A stretch of DNA of 64,000 nucleotides from Nemertoderma westbladi (taxonomy: Eukaryota > Animalia > Xenacoelomorpha), in assembly GCA_032718475.1 (NCBI GenBank), contig JAUCBJ010002288.1:12375-76374 (forward strand), given 5' to 3'. The translations under genes and the position numbers were made by a program. Position 1 is the first letter of the stretch; every line of letters starts with the position of its first letter. Below, one piece after another: positions 1 through 20,812 of the stretch. The notes below the pieces were generated by a model that worked only from the letters and a program-made list of their open reading frames with translations, ran no database searches and was not told the DNA's origin.

Positions 1-6981
<6,981 letters not shown>

Positions 6982-8259
6982 TAAGAACCGTTAAATTTCG
7001 TAATTTTTAACTTTGTGGCCGTCTATATGTTGACGTTTCTCTATTAGAAATACGAAATCCGTCATTCCCAAAATATCAATGAGTGATGCTTTCAGTTTGC
7101 CTTAACCTGGTTATAAATAACAGCTGTCCATTTCAGCTTGCCCTTACACGCTTTAACTGTCATTTGTAAACCTTCTAACTAGGGCTATTTCAGTTAAATA
7201 TGACAGTTTTAAAATTTACAATAGTCGTCTCCTTCATTAGCCTTCATTAGTCCCTTGCGCTCGTCCTGTTTTGTCTCAAAATTTTGAACTGAAAAATTCT
7301 GAAGACCTTTATAACCATGAAAAGTCTCGAAATTGTGCGACTAATTGCTGATTTATGGCAGATGGATTCTCGCACCCATTGCAAAACTCGTCGCGTTCGT
7401 CCTGTGCAACTTGCTCTGGTCACCAAATATATATCTTACAACCTTTTTATTATCAGTATTAGATAAAATGAAATTTCGTTCAATATGCTAAACCGTGTGG
7501 TTTACGAGTATTTGTCAAAACAATACTCGTTATTAGGAGTATACAGTATAGTCAACACAGACTCGTCTCCATTACAACCATCGTGTACTCGTTCTGTACA
7601 TCTGGTCATCAAAATAACTAGCATAAAACATTCCACTACCGTTCCGTCCGGTACTGATAAAAATGACATATCGTCCAATATGCTAAACCAGAGGTTGTTT
7701 TTTAGGAGTATTGTCAACACAATACTCGTATCCTGCATTAACCTTGTTGCGTTCGTCCTGAAGGCCCCACGCAAATTATAATTGGAAAATTTATAAACTT
7801 TTGCCAAACCAGTGTGTACCAAGTTTGGTTAGATTTCATCGAGGATTAGCTGAGTTATTAACGTCTAAATATACGGACCTACTTCAGGCACCGATTCAGA
7901 GAGGTACCCGTATGCTAAAGCTCGCCTACTTTTGTGGCTAACCCCACAAACCCATATCAGGTCCCACTGCTGCTATTATAGCCTGCCTGCAGCATTATTA
8001 GTCTGTCAGTAGCTGCATTTTTTGGCCAAATTTTGACAGATTTTGCCATTTTTGACCAAATATTCACAGATTTTGTTAAATATTTCAGCTATAACAAAGA
8101 GGGTACTTTTGCCCATTTAAATGTTAAAGTGAACACAACCGCGCTGGAAATTTTCTTCCAAGGGTTTTCCGGGTCTGTGATTTCATCTAGAAAGTCAATT
8201 AACTCACTTGACAGAGTCAAGTCTGTCTGTCATTGCTGACTGTCTGTCCGTCAAAATAT

Positions 8260-8810
8260 AACCGACACCAACCACGAAAACCCCTATAACAAAATTTCGA
8301 GCTAGTAGGTATGTCTTCCTATTACTTTGACAGGCAGATCGCTGGACAGACAGAAATCCAGACATGTCGATTTTGTTAAAAGTGAAAACTGACGTCGGAA
8401 AATCAACAACCAGGATAACCCCCATAACAAAACTTTTATCTAGTTGGAATGCGTTATTCCTTATATTTTGACAGACAGACACACGTACATACAGACAGAC
8501 GATAATCTGACATTATAGACTTCACTAAGAATTAAAACTAACTTCGGAAATGAAATCAACGACCAAAAAACAAAAACAAGAACGTTTTAGCTAGGTGGCA
8601 TGATGTCCTTATATTTTGACAGAAAGATTGTATGACTGTGAGACAGACAGACAGACTGTCAAACAGACATATAAAGGCATAATAGTTTTTGTTAAAGTGA
8701 AAACTGACGTTTGGAATGAAATCAGCAACCAAAAAACCCTCATAACATAACTTTTAGCTAGAAAGAATGCCTTTGTTATATTGTGACAGACAAACCGTCA
8801 GAAACACAAT
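8260..8810. repeat. Diverged intronic tandem repeat, 4 units of ~135-160 bp with (ACAG)n tracts
   Basis: Recurring ...AAC(G/A)ACC..AAAACCCC.ATAACA..ACTTTT.GCTAG...TATTTTGACAGACAG. Confidence 0.55.
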
Positions 8811-9548
8811 CCCAGGCAGACAGTTTTCACAGACATTTACACAGAGTATTAGTTATTATTAAGAAGAGTAGTAAGTAATTAATTATCACTCATAACTTTT
8901 GAACATCATTAGCTATTAATATACGGTGTGAAGTTTTGAAGTCATCATAAATTTAAAATGAAAATAGCCCCCCACCGAAAATGCCCCCCCCCCCCCCCCC
9001 CCTTTCTCGCTCACACTTATTTTACAAAAGTCTATCTCTATGGAATTAAAATTTAGTTATATATCTTTTTTTACATATTTTGTTACAACCCATTAAAAAA
9101 TAATAAACTTCCTTACTTATCGAATACTGTACAGGCCTCCTTCCCGAACTGCAACTACTACAACACATGAGGAAGTTAATTAAACAAGGCAGCAGAAAGT
9201 ATACTGTTGATAATATTGGACCGGATATTAAAGCTTACTAAATGAGAGAAAAGGTTGTTTTGTTTGTTAGTGACGCCTATAATAACAGACGAGCAAAAAT
9301 GGTACTACCAACTCTCTCTCTTGGAAGAATCATATTGACTACATCACAGACTGAAGGTTTCAAAAAAACGTTGGAATAATTCATTAGCAATATCAAACAC
9401 ACACCAGACCTGAGTAGGTCCGCATATCATTGTGTTTGATCTTATCTTTCTTACGGCTTTGATTTGTTTTGAAACTGTAATTAATGATGTAATTTATGGC
9501 AGTATTCTCAATCCTCTAATAAAGCTACAGAATAAATCGTACGTATTA

Positions 9549-9810
9549 TCTATACCTATAAAAATCAAATTCTCTCTCTCTCTCTGTGTTCGAACTCCTC
9601 CAAAACGGGCAGAGGGATTGCGATGGAACTTGGCATGTGTGTATAACTTTAACCAGCGGTCGTTATAGGCCACTTTTCAAAAAGTTTAATTCACGTTCGG
9701 TACCGGTAGGTACCGGTACGTCAGTAGGCCTATAACGGTACCAGTACGCCAGTAGGCCTATGCCGGTAGCGGGAAATACCGGGTAACATGCCTCGGGTAT
9801 TGCCTGCTAG
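9549..9810 (+). mobile_element. Non-autonomous Helitron-like element
   Basis: A|TCTATAC start, (CT)n tract, 3' hairpin GCGGGAAATACC...GGTATTGCCTGC, ends CTAG|T, no TSD. Confidence 0.65.
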
Positions 9811-10203
9811 TATACCATAAACATCATATTGACAATTTTTCGCAGCTGTACATTTTCAAATTATTGAATTACAAAATGAAAAGGCAAAGGGGAAGAAAGT
9901 GAGGAATTGCGGATCGAATAAGGGAGGGAAAAAATAGATGGGAAAGTCTCTGTTCGAATCTCGGAAGTTAATCTGTTTAAACTGTTTTAATTTATTGGGG
10001 AAATGTGATTCTAATTATTTTATTAATATTCATTGCATGGAAAAACAATTAAATTAATTTCTAAAATCAATAATATTTAATAAAATCATTATACCATTTT
10101 GCCATTATTTCGAACTAACATCGCAAAATAATTTCTTTATCAGAGCAAGATTTATATATAATAATTAAAAAAAAAATAGGGTGTGATTATATTTTATTGA
10201 TAA

Positions 10204-10518
<315 letters not shown>

Positions 10519-10831
10519 TAAACCGTGCTAAGCACGATAAACTGGAGCTCTGACAATTCGCCCCTTAGCGGCAGACAAAGAATTGTAAAAGTCTGTCTGG
10601 GTGTAGAATTTCTAAACTTTTGATAGACCACGCGTGCATCAAGTTTGGTTCCATGATTGACAGACTTATTACCGTTCAAGCATTAAACCCACAAGCCACA
10701 AACAAACAAACTAATATAATGGCTTTAGGAACTCGAGCAGTGCTCCAGTGATTGTGTCAATGCATGCACTCTTTTCACATTACCTAATATTGTTGAAACT
10801 CTCACAGTTTGAGTTCTTCCAATTCTCTTAG

Positions 10832-11018
10832 GTGTTCCGGCCCAGAACCCCAGCCGAGTCTATGCAGCTGACCGGGACTCTACTCGAGTACACGCCTACG
10901 GCGCGCGTTACCCCGCTAGAGGCGTGTGCGCACGCATTCTTCGATGAGTTGAGAGACGCCTCCACCAGAATGCCAAATGGCCGGGACCTGCCGCCCCTCT
11001 TCAATTTCACAACTCAAG
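10832..11018 (+). CDS. GSK3: GSK3 exon
   Basis: ctcttag|[62 protein letters not shown]|gt. Confidence 0.95.
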
Positions 11019-11369
11019 GTATATTTAATACTTAAATTGATGAGAGTATTTATATTATGGTATATGTTAACATTAAAATATGTCATGTTTTTCTCAATGT
11101 ACTTGTATCGGCATGCTGCATTGCAACTGCATTACACCATGTCCTGGAATATAGTGTCATCCGCCCGTGAAGAATACCAGGATTTCACTTTTCGGTCGAC
11201 TTTTTACTGGAATGTTATGAAGATTTTTTATTTTTTTTTAACTTATCGTTATTAAGTGTTTTATAGCGCTTATTTCTGTCTTATAACCTGTACATATACT
11301 AATTCGTTTATTGTTTTGGTTAGATTCAGCCCTTCTGTATAACCTGTGTTTTTAGTAAAAACCTGGTAT

Positions 11370-11610
11370 TATTCACATGGGCCGTGTCGTTATTCAGGTA
11401 ACCTATACCCAAAACCCAACTGATGGAAATTAACAACAACAACGGAGTGAATACCAGAGGTAGAGGTCTCGCTACGCGGACCTAAAAATCTACATCGTGG
11501 CGGACCTAAAAAGCTACGTTGTGGCGGACCTAAAAAGCTACATTGTGATTTATACTGGCCGACCATTCGTTCCCGGTCCACTTTTTGTGGTGTCGGTCCA
11601 GATGTGAATA
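11370..11610. mobile_element. Possible small MITE
   Basis: Imperfect terminal inverted repeats TATTCACAT..G.CCG / CGG..CAGATGTGAATA; internal 23-bp repeats GCGGACCTAAAAA. Confidence 0.35.
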
Positions 11611-11679
11611 TTTAATTAGAATAGTGTGATACTATAAGTTGGACTTCTAGTTAACTATAAACCCAACTTGTTAAGTTTG

Positions 11680-14600
11680 TCCCACTTCTGCAGTATGCCC
11701 CACGTGTGCTGTATGCCCCACTTGTGCTGTATGCCCCACTTGTGCTGTATGCCCCACTTGTGCAGTATGCCCCACGTGTGCTGTATGCCCCACTTGTGCT
11801 GTATGCCCCACTTGTGCTGTATGCCCCCCTTTGTGCTGTATGCCCCACTTGTGCTGTATGCCCCACTTGTGCTGTATGCCACACTTGTGCTGTATGTCCC
11901 ACGTGTGATGTATGCCACACTTCTGCAGTATGCCCCACTTGAGCTGTCTGCCACACTTGTGCTGTATGTCCCACTTGTGCTGTATGCCCCACTTGTGCTG
12001 TATGCCCTACTTGTGCTGTATGCCCCACTTGTGCTGTATGCCACACTTGTGCTGTATGCCACACTTGTGCTGTATGTCCCACTTGTGCTGTATGCCCCAC
12101 TTGTGTTGTATTTCCCAATTGTGCTGTATGCCAAACTTGTGCTGTATGTCCCACTTGTGCTGTATGCCCCACTTGTGCTGTATGCCACACTTGTGCTGTA
12201 TGCCCCAATTGTGCTGTATGCCACACTTGTGCTGTATGTCCCACGTGTGCTGTATGCCACAGTTCTGCAGTATGCCCCACTTGTGCTGTATGCCACACTT
12301 GTGCTGTATGTCCCACTTGTGCTGTATGCCACACTTGTGCTGTATGTCCCACTTGTGCTGTATGCCCCACTTGTGTTGTATGCCCCACTTGTGCTGTATG
12401 CCACACTTGTGCTGTATTTCCCACTTGTGCTGTATGCCACACTTGTGCTGTATGTCCCACTTGTGCTGTATGCCCCACTTGTGCTGTATGCCCCACTTGT
12501 GCTGTATGCCCCACTTGTGCTGTATACCCCACTTGTGATGTATGCCCCACTTGTGCTGTATGCCAAACTTGTGCTGTATGTCCCACTTGTGCTGTATGCC
12601 CCACTTGTGCTGTATGCCCTACTTGTGCTGTATGCCAAACTTGTGCTGTATGTCCCACTTGTGCTGTATCCCACACTTGTGCTGTATGTCCCACTTGTGC
12701 TGTATGCCACACTTGTGCTGTATGCCCCACTTTTGCTGTATGCCACACTTGTGCTGTATGCCACACTTGTGCTGTATGTCCCACTTGTGCTGTATGCACC
12801 ACTTGTGCTGTATGCCACACTTGTGCTGTATGTCCTACTTGTGCTGTATGCCCCACTTGTGCTGTATGCCCCACTTGTGCTGTATGCCCCACATGTGCTG
12901 TATGTCCCACTTGTGCTGTATGCCCCACTTGTGCTGTATGCCCCACTTGTGCTGTATGCCACACTTGTGCTGTATGCCCCACTTGTGCTGTATGCCCCAC
13001 TTGTGCTGTATGCCCCACTTGTGATGTATGCCCCACTTGTGCTGTTGTCGCACTTGTGCTGTATGCCCCACTTGTACTGTATGCTCCACGTGTGCTGTAT
13101 GCCATACTTGTGCTGTATGCCCTACTTGTGCTGTATGCCCCACGTGTGCTGTATGCCCCACTTGTGCTGTATGCCCCACTTGTGCTCTATGCCACACTTG
13201 TGCTGTATGCTACACATGTGCTATTGTCGCACTTGTGCTGTATGCCCAACTTGTACTGTATACCCCACTTGTGCTGTTGTCGCACTTGTGCTGTATGCCC
13301 CACTTGTGCTGTATGCCCCACTTGTGCTGTATGCCCCACTTGTGCTGTATGCCCAACTTGTGCTGTTGTTGCACTTGTGCTGTATGCCCCACTTGTGCTG
13401 TATGCCCCACTTGTGCTGTATGCCCCACTTGTGCTGTATGCCCAACTTGTGCCGTATGCCCCACTTGTGCTGTATGCCACACTTTTGCTGTATGCCACAC
13501 TTGTGCTGTATGCCACACTTGTGCTGTATGTCCCACTTGTGCTGTATGCACCACTTGTGCTGTATGCCACACTTGTGCTGTATGTCCTACTTGTGCTGTA
13601 TGCCCCACTTGTGCTGTATGCCCCACTTGTGCTGTATGCCCCACATGTGCTGTATGTCCCACTTGTGCTGTATGCCCCACTTGTGCTGTATGCCCCACTT
13701 GTGCTGTATGCCACACTTGTGCTGTATGCCCCACTTGTGCTGTATGCCCCACTTGTGCTGTATGCCCCACTTGTGATGTATGCCCCACTTGTGCTGTTGT
13801 CGCACTTGTGCTGTATGCCCCACTTGTACTGTATGCTCCACGTGTGCTGTATGCCATACTTGTGCTGTATGCCCTACTTGTGCTGTATGCCCCACGTGTG
13901 CTGTATGCCCCACTTGTGCTGTATGCCCCACTTGTGCTGTATGCCCCACTTTTGCTGTATGCCCCACTTGTGCTGTATGCCCCATTTGTGCTGTATGCCC
14001 CACATGTGCTGTATGCTCCACTTGTGCTGTATGCCACACTTGTGATGTATGCCCCACTTGTGATGTATGCCCCACTTGTGCTGTATGCCCCACGTGTGAT
14101 GTATGCCACACTTGTGCTGTATGCCCCACTTGTGCTGTATGCCCCACTTGTGCTGTATGCCCCCCTTGTGCTGTATGCCACACTTGTGCTGTATGCTACA
14201 CATGTGCTATTGTCGCACTTGTGCTGTATGCCCAACTTGTGCTGTATGCCCCACTTGTGCTGTATGCCCCACTTGTGCTGTATGCCTCACTTGTGCTGTA
14301 TGCCCCACTTTCGCTGTATGCCCCACTTGTGGTGTATGCCCAACTTGTGCTGTTGTTGCACTTGTGCTGTATGCCCCACTTGTGCTGTATGCCCCACTTG
14401 TGCTGTATGCCCCACTTGTGCTGTATGCCCCACTTATGCTGTATGCCCCACTTGTGCTGTATGCCCCACTTGTGCTGTATGCCCCACTTCTGCTGTATGC
14501 CCCACTTGTGCTGTATGTCCCACTTGTGCTGTATGCCCCACTTGTGCTGTATGCCCCACTTGTGCTGTATACATGCCACACTTGTGCTATATGCCCTACT

Positions 14601-14990
14601 TGTGCTGTATGCCCCACTTGTTCTGTATGCCCCACTTGTGCTGTATGCCACACATGTGCTGTATACATGCCACACTTGTGCTGTATGCCCCACTTGTGCT
14701 GTATGCCCCACTTATGCTGTATGCCCCACTTGTGCTGTATGCCCCACTTGTGCTGTATGCCCCACTTGTGCTGTATGCCCCACTTGTGCTGTATGCCCCA
14801 CTTGTGCTGTATGCCCCACTTGTGCTGTATACATGCCACACTTGTGCTATATGCCCTACTTGTGCTGTATGCCCCACTTGTTCTGTATGCCCCACTTGTG
14901 CTGTATGCCACACATGTGCTGTATACATGCCACACTTGTGCTGTATGCCACACTTGTGCTGTATGCCCCACTTGTGCTGTATGTCCCACT
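11680..14990. repeat. 18-bp minisatellite in the last GSK3 intron
   Basis: About 180 copies of CTTGTGCTGTATGCCCCA with 17- and 22-bp variants; internal block duplication with 752-bp offset (compare 13021 and 13773). Confidence 0.97.
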
Positions 14991-15078
14991 CTAACTGTTG
15001 TCGTACTTGGTCATATAGATCAGGCTGAACTTCCTTGCTTTTCGAAACTAAACTAATATACCTTTTGTCTTCCCTCAG

Positions 15079-15311
15079 AGGCTAAGATTCAACCGGCACT
15101 CAACCACATTCTACTCCCAGCTCACATTCACTCGTCCACAACAGGTTCCTCTTCGTCTCTCGCCGTCGGCGGCGCCTCGTCCACCAACGCGGGGGCCCCC
15201 GGCCCCTCCCAGCAGCCCCGAGCAACAACTCTAGCGACCGCCGTACCGACCTTCGCTACCGACGAATCCGGGGTCCGGGCAACCGACGCTACGGCTACCA
15301 CATCCTCGTAG
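15079..15311 (+). CDS. GSK3: GSK3 terminal coding exon
   Basis: tccctcag|(E)AKIQPALNHILLPAHIHSST..., matching the GSK3 ELSxxPxLxxILIPPH motif, then an S/T/A-rich tail to TAG at 15309-15311; phase 1 matches. Confidence 0.85.
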
Positions 15312-18287
15312 CGAGTAACCAATGGGTCTACTACTTTTCACTTTTCGCTATTATTCTAACACTATACTTATATAGTTACTCAGGTTATGGCGGAATTCCC
15401 AAACTCTGGCGATATTTCTCTCAAAACTTATTTGGGAAGTTGCCTAATTTGGCTATTTGCCTAACTTGGCTACCGCCCCAGTATTTGCCTAACATGGCTA
15501 TTTCTATGGCCTCCCTTCTCCCTCTATTGGTGCGACTATTTTGTAGCCAATAGCGACGACGTATAATCTTCACGCTATCACTATTATAGCATAAGTAGTA
15601 TTGCTTGTTTTTTTTTCTCACAATAATTATTTTAATTATATATAACTTACATATATAGTTTACGACTTTTCTAAGAAAAACAAAATGATTTTTGAAACTT
15701 GAAACTTATTTACGATTTTTCCAAATTTAACATATTTTCAAGAAATTGCAACTTTATTTGTATACGTTTGTTTGTTTCGTAAACTTTTTCTCATTACTCA
15801 GATTTGCGTCTGTTATATTTCACGTTTAACTATATATATGACGCCCCTATAAATCTATACCTCTTGCTATTGGAATGCATGTTGTAGCTGTCTTTAAATG
15901 TTATTTATAGAAGAGCAACCAAATTATTACTTGTACAAAATTGTTTAGTGGAACGTATCATTGGAGGGGGGTGGTGATAGACACTCTGTAGTTATTATTA
16001 TTATTATTAAGTATTTTCATACTAACCCTTCTACATTTTTAATGAACTGGAAAATTATTAAATACGATTTTCAACTTGAAAAATATTTTACTCAAGAATA
16101 ACTATAATTGAATGAGTGCACAATTAAATTTCAATTTAAATGTACAAAATATTCATCAATTTCATGCAAATTGTAATAAAATATGGGAAGTTACCCATGT
16201 CATCAGAAAATGGCACTATATTGCGGGTGCGATTAAAATTTGGGTTGAAACGAAAAAAACTCCAACATAAAATTTGTCACTTTAATTCCAGTATATAAAG
16301 TACTACTATATAACAACTGCTACTTCAATTTTTTTAATAATAATAATAAATATTAATTATAATATTCAATCCTACATTGTTTGTTGTGGGTTTCGTTTAG
16401 ATGCAGATTGGCTTCAAGTTGTTATCAAATTGACATTGTATTACTTCGATTCTTGTGGGGCGAGACACGCAGTAGGCGGTCCTTGGCATTGGTACGTATG
16501 CTATGCAGTCCGTCAAAAGTTTAGTAAGAATTTGAAGATTGGTCAAAAATGAGGCAGTCTGTCAGCTGGTACCGGTAGATTCAGACTTTTGATAAAAACC
16601 GAAATAAGTCGGTCAATCATTGATGAAATTAAACCAAACTTGGTATGTATGCAGTCTCGTGCTGCGCGAAGGCTCCACGAACGCGTTGTTATTTCGAAAC
16701 ATAAGATATTTTCGAAGACGCTCGTAACGTAGAGTTATAGTTAGTTCCATAATCTGAAACTGAGAAAAACCAAACCAAAACCGCCTTAAAAGGATTTCAG
16801 TTTTCCCTTTTATGTCAATCTATGATTTATTTATATATATAATATGATATTAAAGTCAATCTGCTTTCTCGTGTGTGTATATACATATTATTGTTCGTCA
16901 ATATACACAGGCAGGCAGTCCTCTCTATAACTAACAGTATTGTATATATATATATTTAGTGTTATTTCGCGTATTTTTTCACTATATTGCTCGAATAATG
17001 GCTATGCGACCTGTTTAGCACATTTTAACTGTGTAACTTTAAATAGCTGTAGATTGTGTTTAGCTTAAAATACTTCATTATTTTAATTCATTGTTTAAAA
17101 AATATAAACTATTCGGGTAGAGAATATATTCTAATATATTATTATTATATATTGTGTTATTTTTAGTCTATGTGGCGCCCTGTATTGTACGTTAGGCATT
17201 ATTATAGTAAAGTTATGTAAATATAAGTCTCAATATATTATATCTATACTTATCCTGTGTAGATTAATACTGCCATCCCTTTATAATGAACTTTATCGTG
17301 ACCAAATTATACGGGCGGTGGTATAAATTCAATGTTACATAACTAACTGTCCTAAATGTTTATTGTAGATATATTATTATATTATATACTCCATTGAAAA
17401 TAAAAGTAAACTTGTTTTCCTTTTCTAGACACCCTTCACACAACAGATTTAAGTTTTGTACATCTAACATTTATGCGAGTGTGGGGGGGGGGGGGGGTTG
17501 TGTGATGGATGCAAATCCCATCTCGGTTAATTAGCAAAAATTATGATAATTTAAAAGTAAATTATAAATTAATGGAAAGGATCAAGGTTACAGTTGAATA
17601 TTCTCTCATAATCAACTGTTTTCGATGTAAAAAAAAACTAAAAAGCAACTGGTCCTAGACTGTTACATGTAATCAGTGATCAGCTGACGGCAGTAGCTGA
17701 CCGGTAGGTTTCGCCTCACGATGGAAGACATTCTCAGGAGCCCAAGCCGATGACATTTAGAGTCAGAAGTCCCAAATAGAGAAGGAACGACCGGAATGAA
17801 ACTAAGATATGTACCAGTAACTGGGAAGCAGCATCGCAAACTTGCGACAATAACGTTTCTGCATGTTGATAATGGGCCGGTGCGTGCGAATATAATGCAT
17901 TTCAAGCTTTTGGATGAACAGGCAACAATGGGTGCCGTGCAATTACTTTGATCTATTAAATGTTTAAATAGCTCGCGCCAGTCAGTCCGAATATGAATAA
18001 TATTATAATTATCAATTGATGATGTTTTTTTGAGAAAAGTTAATGGCGTTTAGATCAAATAAAAATGGATAATTTATATCCAAACAATAAGGACCCTATA
18101 CCACAACCCCTCTGGATAAATTTGGTATATAAATACAACAATAAATCCAGTGACAAGGATTATTTTGGTCGCACACTGCCATTACCATTCCCGGGTTAGT
18201 GACGTAGAACTTTAGGAGACAATCGTGAAACAACGCGTACACCTTTTTATGTAAAAAGTGTACCTCACAGCAGCTTCCAAAGATGTA

Positions 18288-19525
18288 CACCATGGCCCGT
18301 AATTATATGATGTTAGACAACCACGAATTTAGAGGGATTGTGATATTAATATGAAAACAATAAATCATTCAGCATTCATTTAGCAAAGCATTCAATTTGT
18401 GACAACTCTCAATCGTGATGTAATTAATAATAAGAGCTTCGCTTATAATGAGGGTCTGAAATATCGCCATATATTAATTATTTATTAAGTTAGAGGTAAG
18501 ACAGCACACGTATATCTGATGCAATTGTCCAGGTTATCAACAACGCTTAGCTATAGAGACCTACCTGGTTGTGGCGCATGTAAAACTTCTTTGATTTCGT
18601 ATTATCGGCGATATATTAACCAATGAGTTTACCAGTAGAATATCAAATATAACGACAAATAATTATAATTCAATTATTAACAACAAAGGCAATAGGCCTT
18701 AGAGCTTGTAATAATCACCAGTCATTAAAATCTGACCGGAGCTTTACCCTCTGCATGGGTATGTGACTTCACTGTCAAACTGATAATAAAATAACAAAGA
18801 AGTGGCAAGCAATTGGATTAACACTGTCTATATAGAGGCTAACGGGAATGAGCGTACAGCACCACCAAGACATCTGGCAATAAGGCACTAAGACAAGTTG
18901 GATATGCAGATATTGGCACTATATAGCGTCAAACTTTTGGTAATACATAAAATCAAATAAAAGGCATCGGTATTATGACGCAACCAACTTTATAAATATA
19001 AATGGTGTTTTGAACTTAAGTTTAGCAAAATAAGTACCGGTACCGGTAATCTAAAATAGCCAAGAACATACTTGCATTAACATGCGTAGCTATTCATACT
19101 TAAACAAAATGTTCTAGAACATCGTGTATTTATTAAATAGAATAAATGGCCTTCAGCGAACAATAATTCTTACAATCTTTGAAAGCCTATATCTCAGCTG
19201 TTTCTCAACGAAGTTCAGGTATTGTTACATATTTGAAATCCTTGCAACGCAAGCTTCCTAATAATATGAAAAAATTACGTCTAATATGAAGAATGGCCTC
19301 GATACGGAAGGTGCGATTTCGCAAAATACACTTTTTTAAAATGCTATAAAAACAAATTTAAAGGCAAAATTCCGGCCTCATGGGATCAACCACGGTGAGT
19401 GAAACTACAGTTAATTGTGTTTCAGATTTCAAGCAATATGTTAAAGATTAAAAGTAAAATCTGGGGGGGTGGGGGGGGGGGGGTCCTTGTCATCAGAAAA
19501 TGACAATTTATTACGGGCCATGGAG
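18288..19525. mobile_element. Non-autonomous TA-flanked DNA transposon (Tc1/mariner-type ends)
   Basis: TA|CACCATGGCCCGTAAT ... ATTACGGGCCATGGAG|TA; no transposase ORF. Confidence 0.6.
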
Positions 19526-19693
19526 TAATAATTATTGGGGTTGGAATTTATAAATATTTATTACATTATCTTCAATTTCGTGAAAAAAACAATAGGCCTA
19601 CCCTAGACATATTCTTTCCAAATAATAATTTACAGGAATGTAAGTATACTGAATATAGTATATATTATATTTGTGTTTTTCTTTTTTTTGTCA

Positions 19694-20317
19694 TTACAGC
19701 ACTTCGCGAGTCTCTCCTCCAGCAGGGCCTGTGCGGTCTGATGTTGGGGAGGTTTTATTGACGGGACTCGGTGCCTTATATAATGCGTTGGCCGCCAATA
19801 GAGCGCAGGTTGCCCCACTAGTACATAGCAACGCGATGACCATAAAGTATATAGCAAGCCAGAAATTATCGTATAATAAACATGAAGAATCATCAGTGCA
19901 TTTTTTTTGCCAGAGAATGCAAGCACTGTCAATGAGACCTCCCAACGCAATAGGCCCTGGAATTTGTCCGAATATTTTATAAGACATGTTGTGGAATCCC
20001 ATAGCTAAACTTCGGTGTTTATGAGGGACACATCGCATGATACATTCTATAGCAGGAATAGAGTATAGGAATAGTAAAAAAAAGAAAAGGAAACCAAAAC
20101 AGTAGAATATATAGGACATTCCACAATCAGACTGACACATTCCGTCTGTTAGTGTTTCTGTTGGTGGCGACGGCGTTACACAGTGGCAGGTTGAGCTGTC
20201 TTGGTTGCAGCCGGCGAAGCACGGGTTGTAGAATGTTAGGTTGTTAGATCCGCACACTGGGTTGTAGTTAAGTAGAGAACAGCCGCATCCTTGGTTACAG
20301 TTACTGGAGAACAGATC
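19694..20317 (-). CDS. SLCO: SLCO/OATP organic anion transporter, coding exon 4 (Kazal-like loop, C-terminal TMs)
   Basis: CNQGCGCSLLNYNPVCGSNNLTFYNPCFAGC; IMRCVPHKHRSLAMG; IPGPIALGGLIDSACILWQKKC...CLLYDN; acceptor ttcag, stop TAA. Confidence 0.93.
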   Translation of the reverse strand, partial: DLFSSNCNQGCGCSLLNYNPVCGSNNLTFYNPCFAGCNQDSSTCHCVTPSPPTETLTDGMCQSDCGMSYIFYCFGFLFFFLLFLYSIPAIECIMRCVPHKHRSLAMGFHNMSYKIFGQIPGPIALGGLIDSACILWQKKCTDDSSCLLYDNFWLAIYFMVIALLCTSGATCALLAANALYKAPSPVNKTSPTSDRTGPAGGETREVL

Positions 20318-20812
20318 CTGAATCTTAAATGAAAATGACAATATATTAATCATTATGGGACAAACTATTACATATTTATTGTTGTTTTATACTCTGATAA
20401 ATAGGTGAAAAATATATTTACGCAAAGATATATAATTGAATAACGTTTCTGTTAGCAGATCCAATTCGCTGCACCACCCAGTGGAAAATGGGGAAAGGGG
20501 CCGACGGTACCATGCCGGACGAGGAGAGGAGGCCAAGGAGTTCAGGAAGAGGACATCGATCCGAATGATCACCTACGACGCGGATACAACGCGACAAGGA
20601 AGATGCTCAAAGATGCTAAGACTGGAGGAAAGGTAGACGAGCCCAAATTGATCCAGAGACTCGGTGAGTGTAACAAACATTTTCACTACCTAGTCCGATT
20701 CGGGTAGGGGGAACTGGCGAGTGAGAGGGCGAGGGGGGTCACCACAGAACTGTTAGAATTGTGGTGATCTGAGATAATGTCATATGGTGTAGTGTACATA
20801 GGGCCTTAACTA

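Noticed and set aside
11651-15056. Long Cys/His-rich and VLYAPL ORFs up to 702 aa
   Set aside because: The 18-bp unit lacks stops in most frames, and the array lies within a GSK3 intron whose flanking exons join in phase.
15128-15322. Minus-strand 64-aa ORF
   Set aside because: Antisense shadow of the GSK3 terminal exon.
17395-17410. AATAAA as the GSK3 poly(A) signal
   Set aside because: Plausible, but the hexamer is frequent in this AT-rich DNA and cannot be supported without transcripts.
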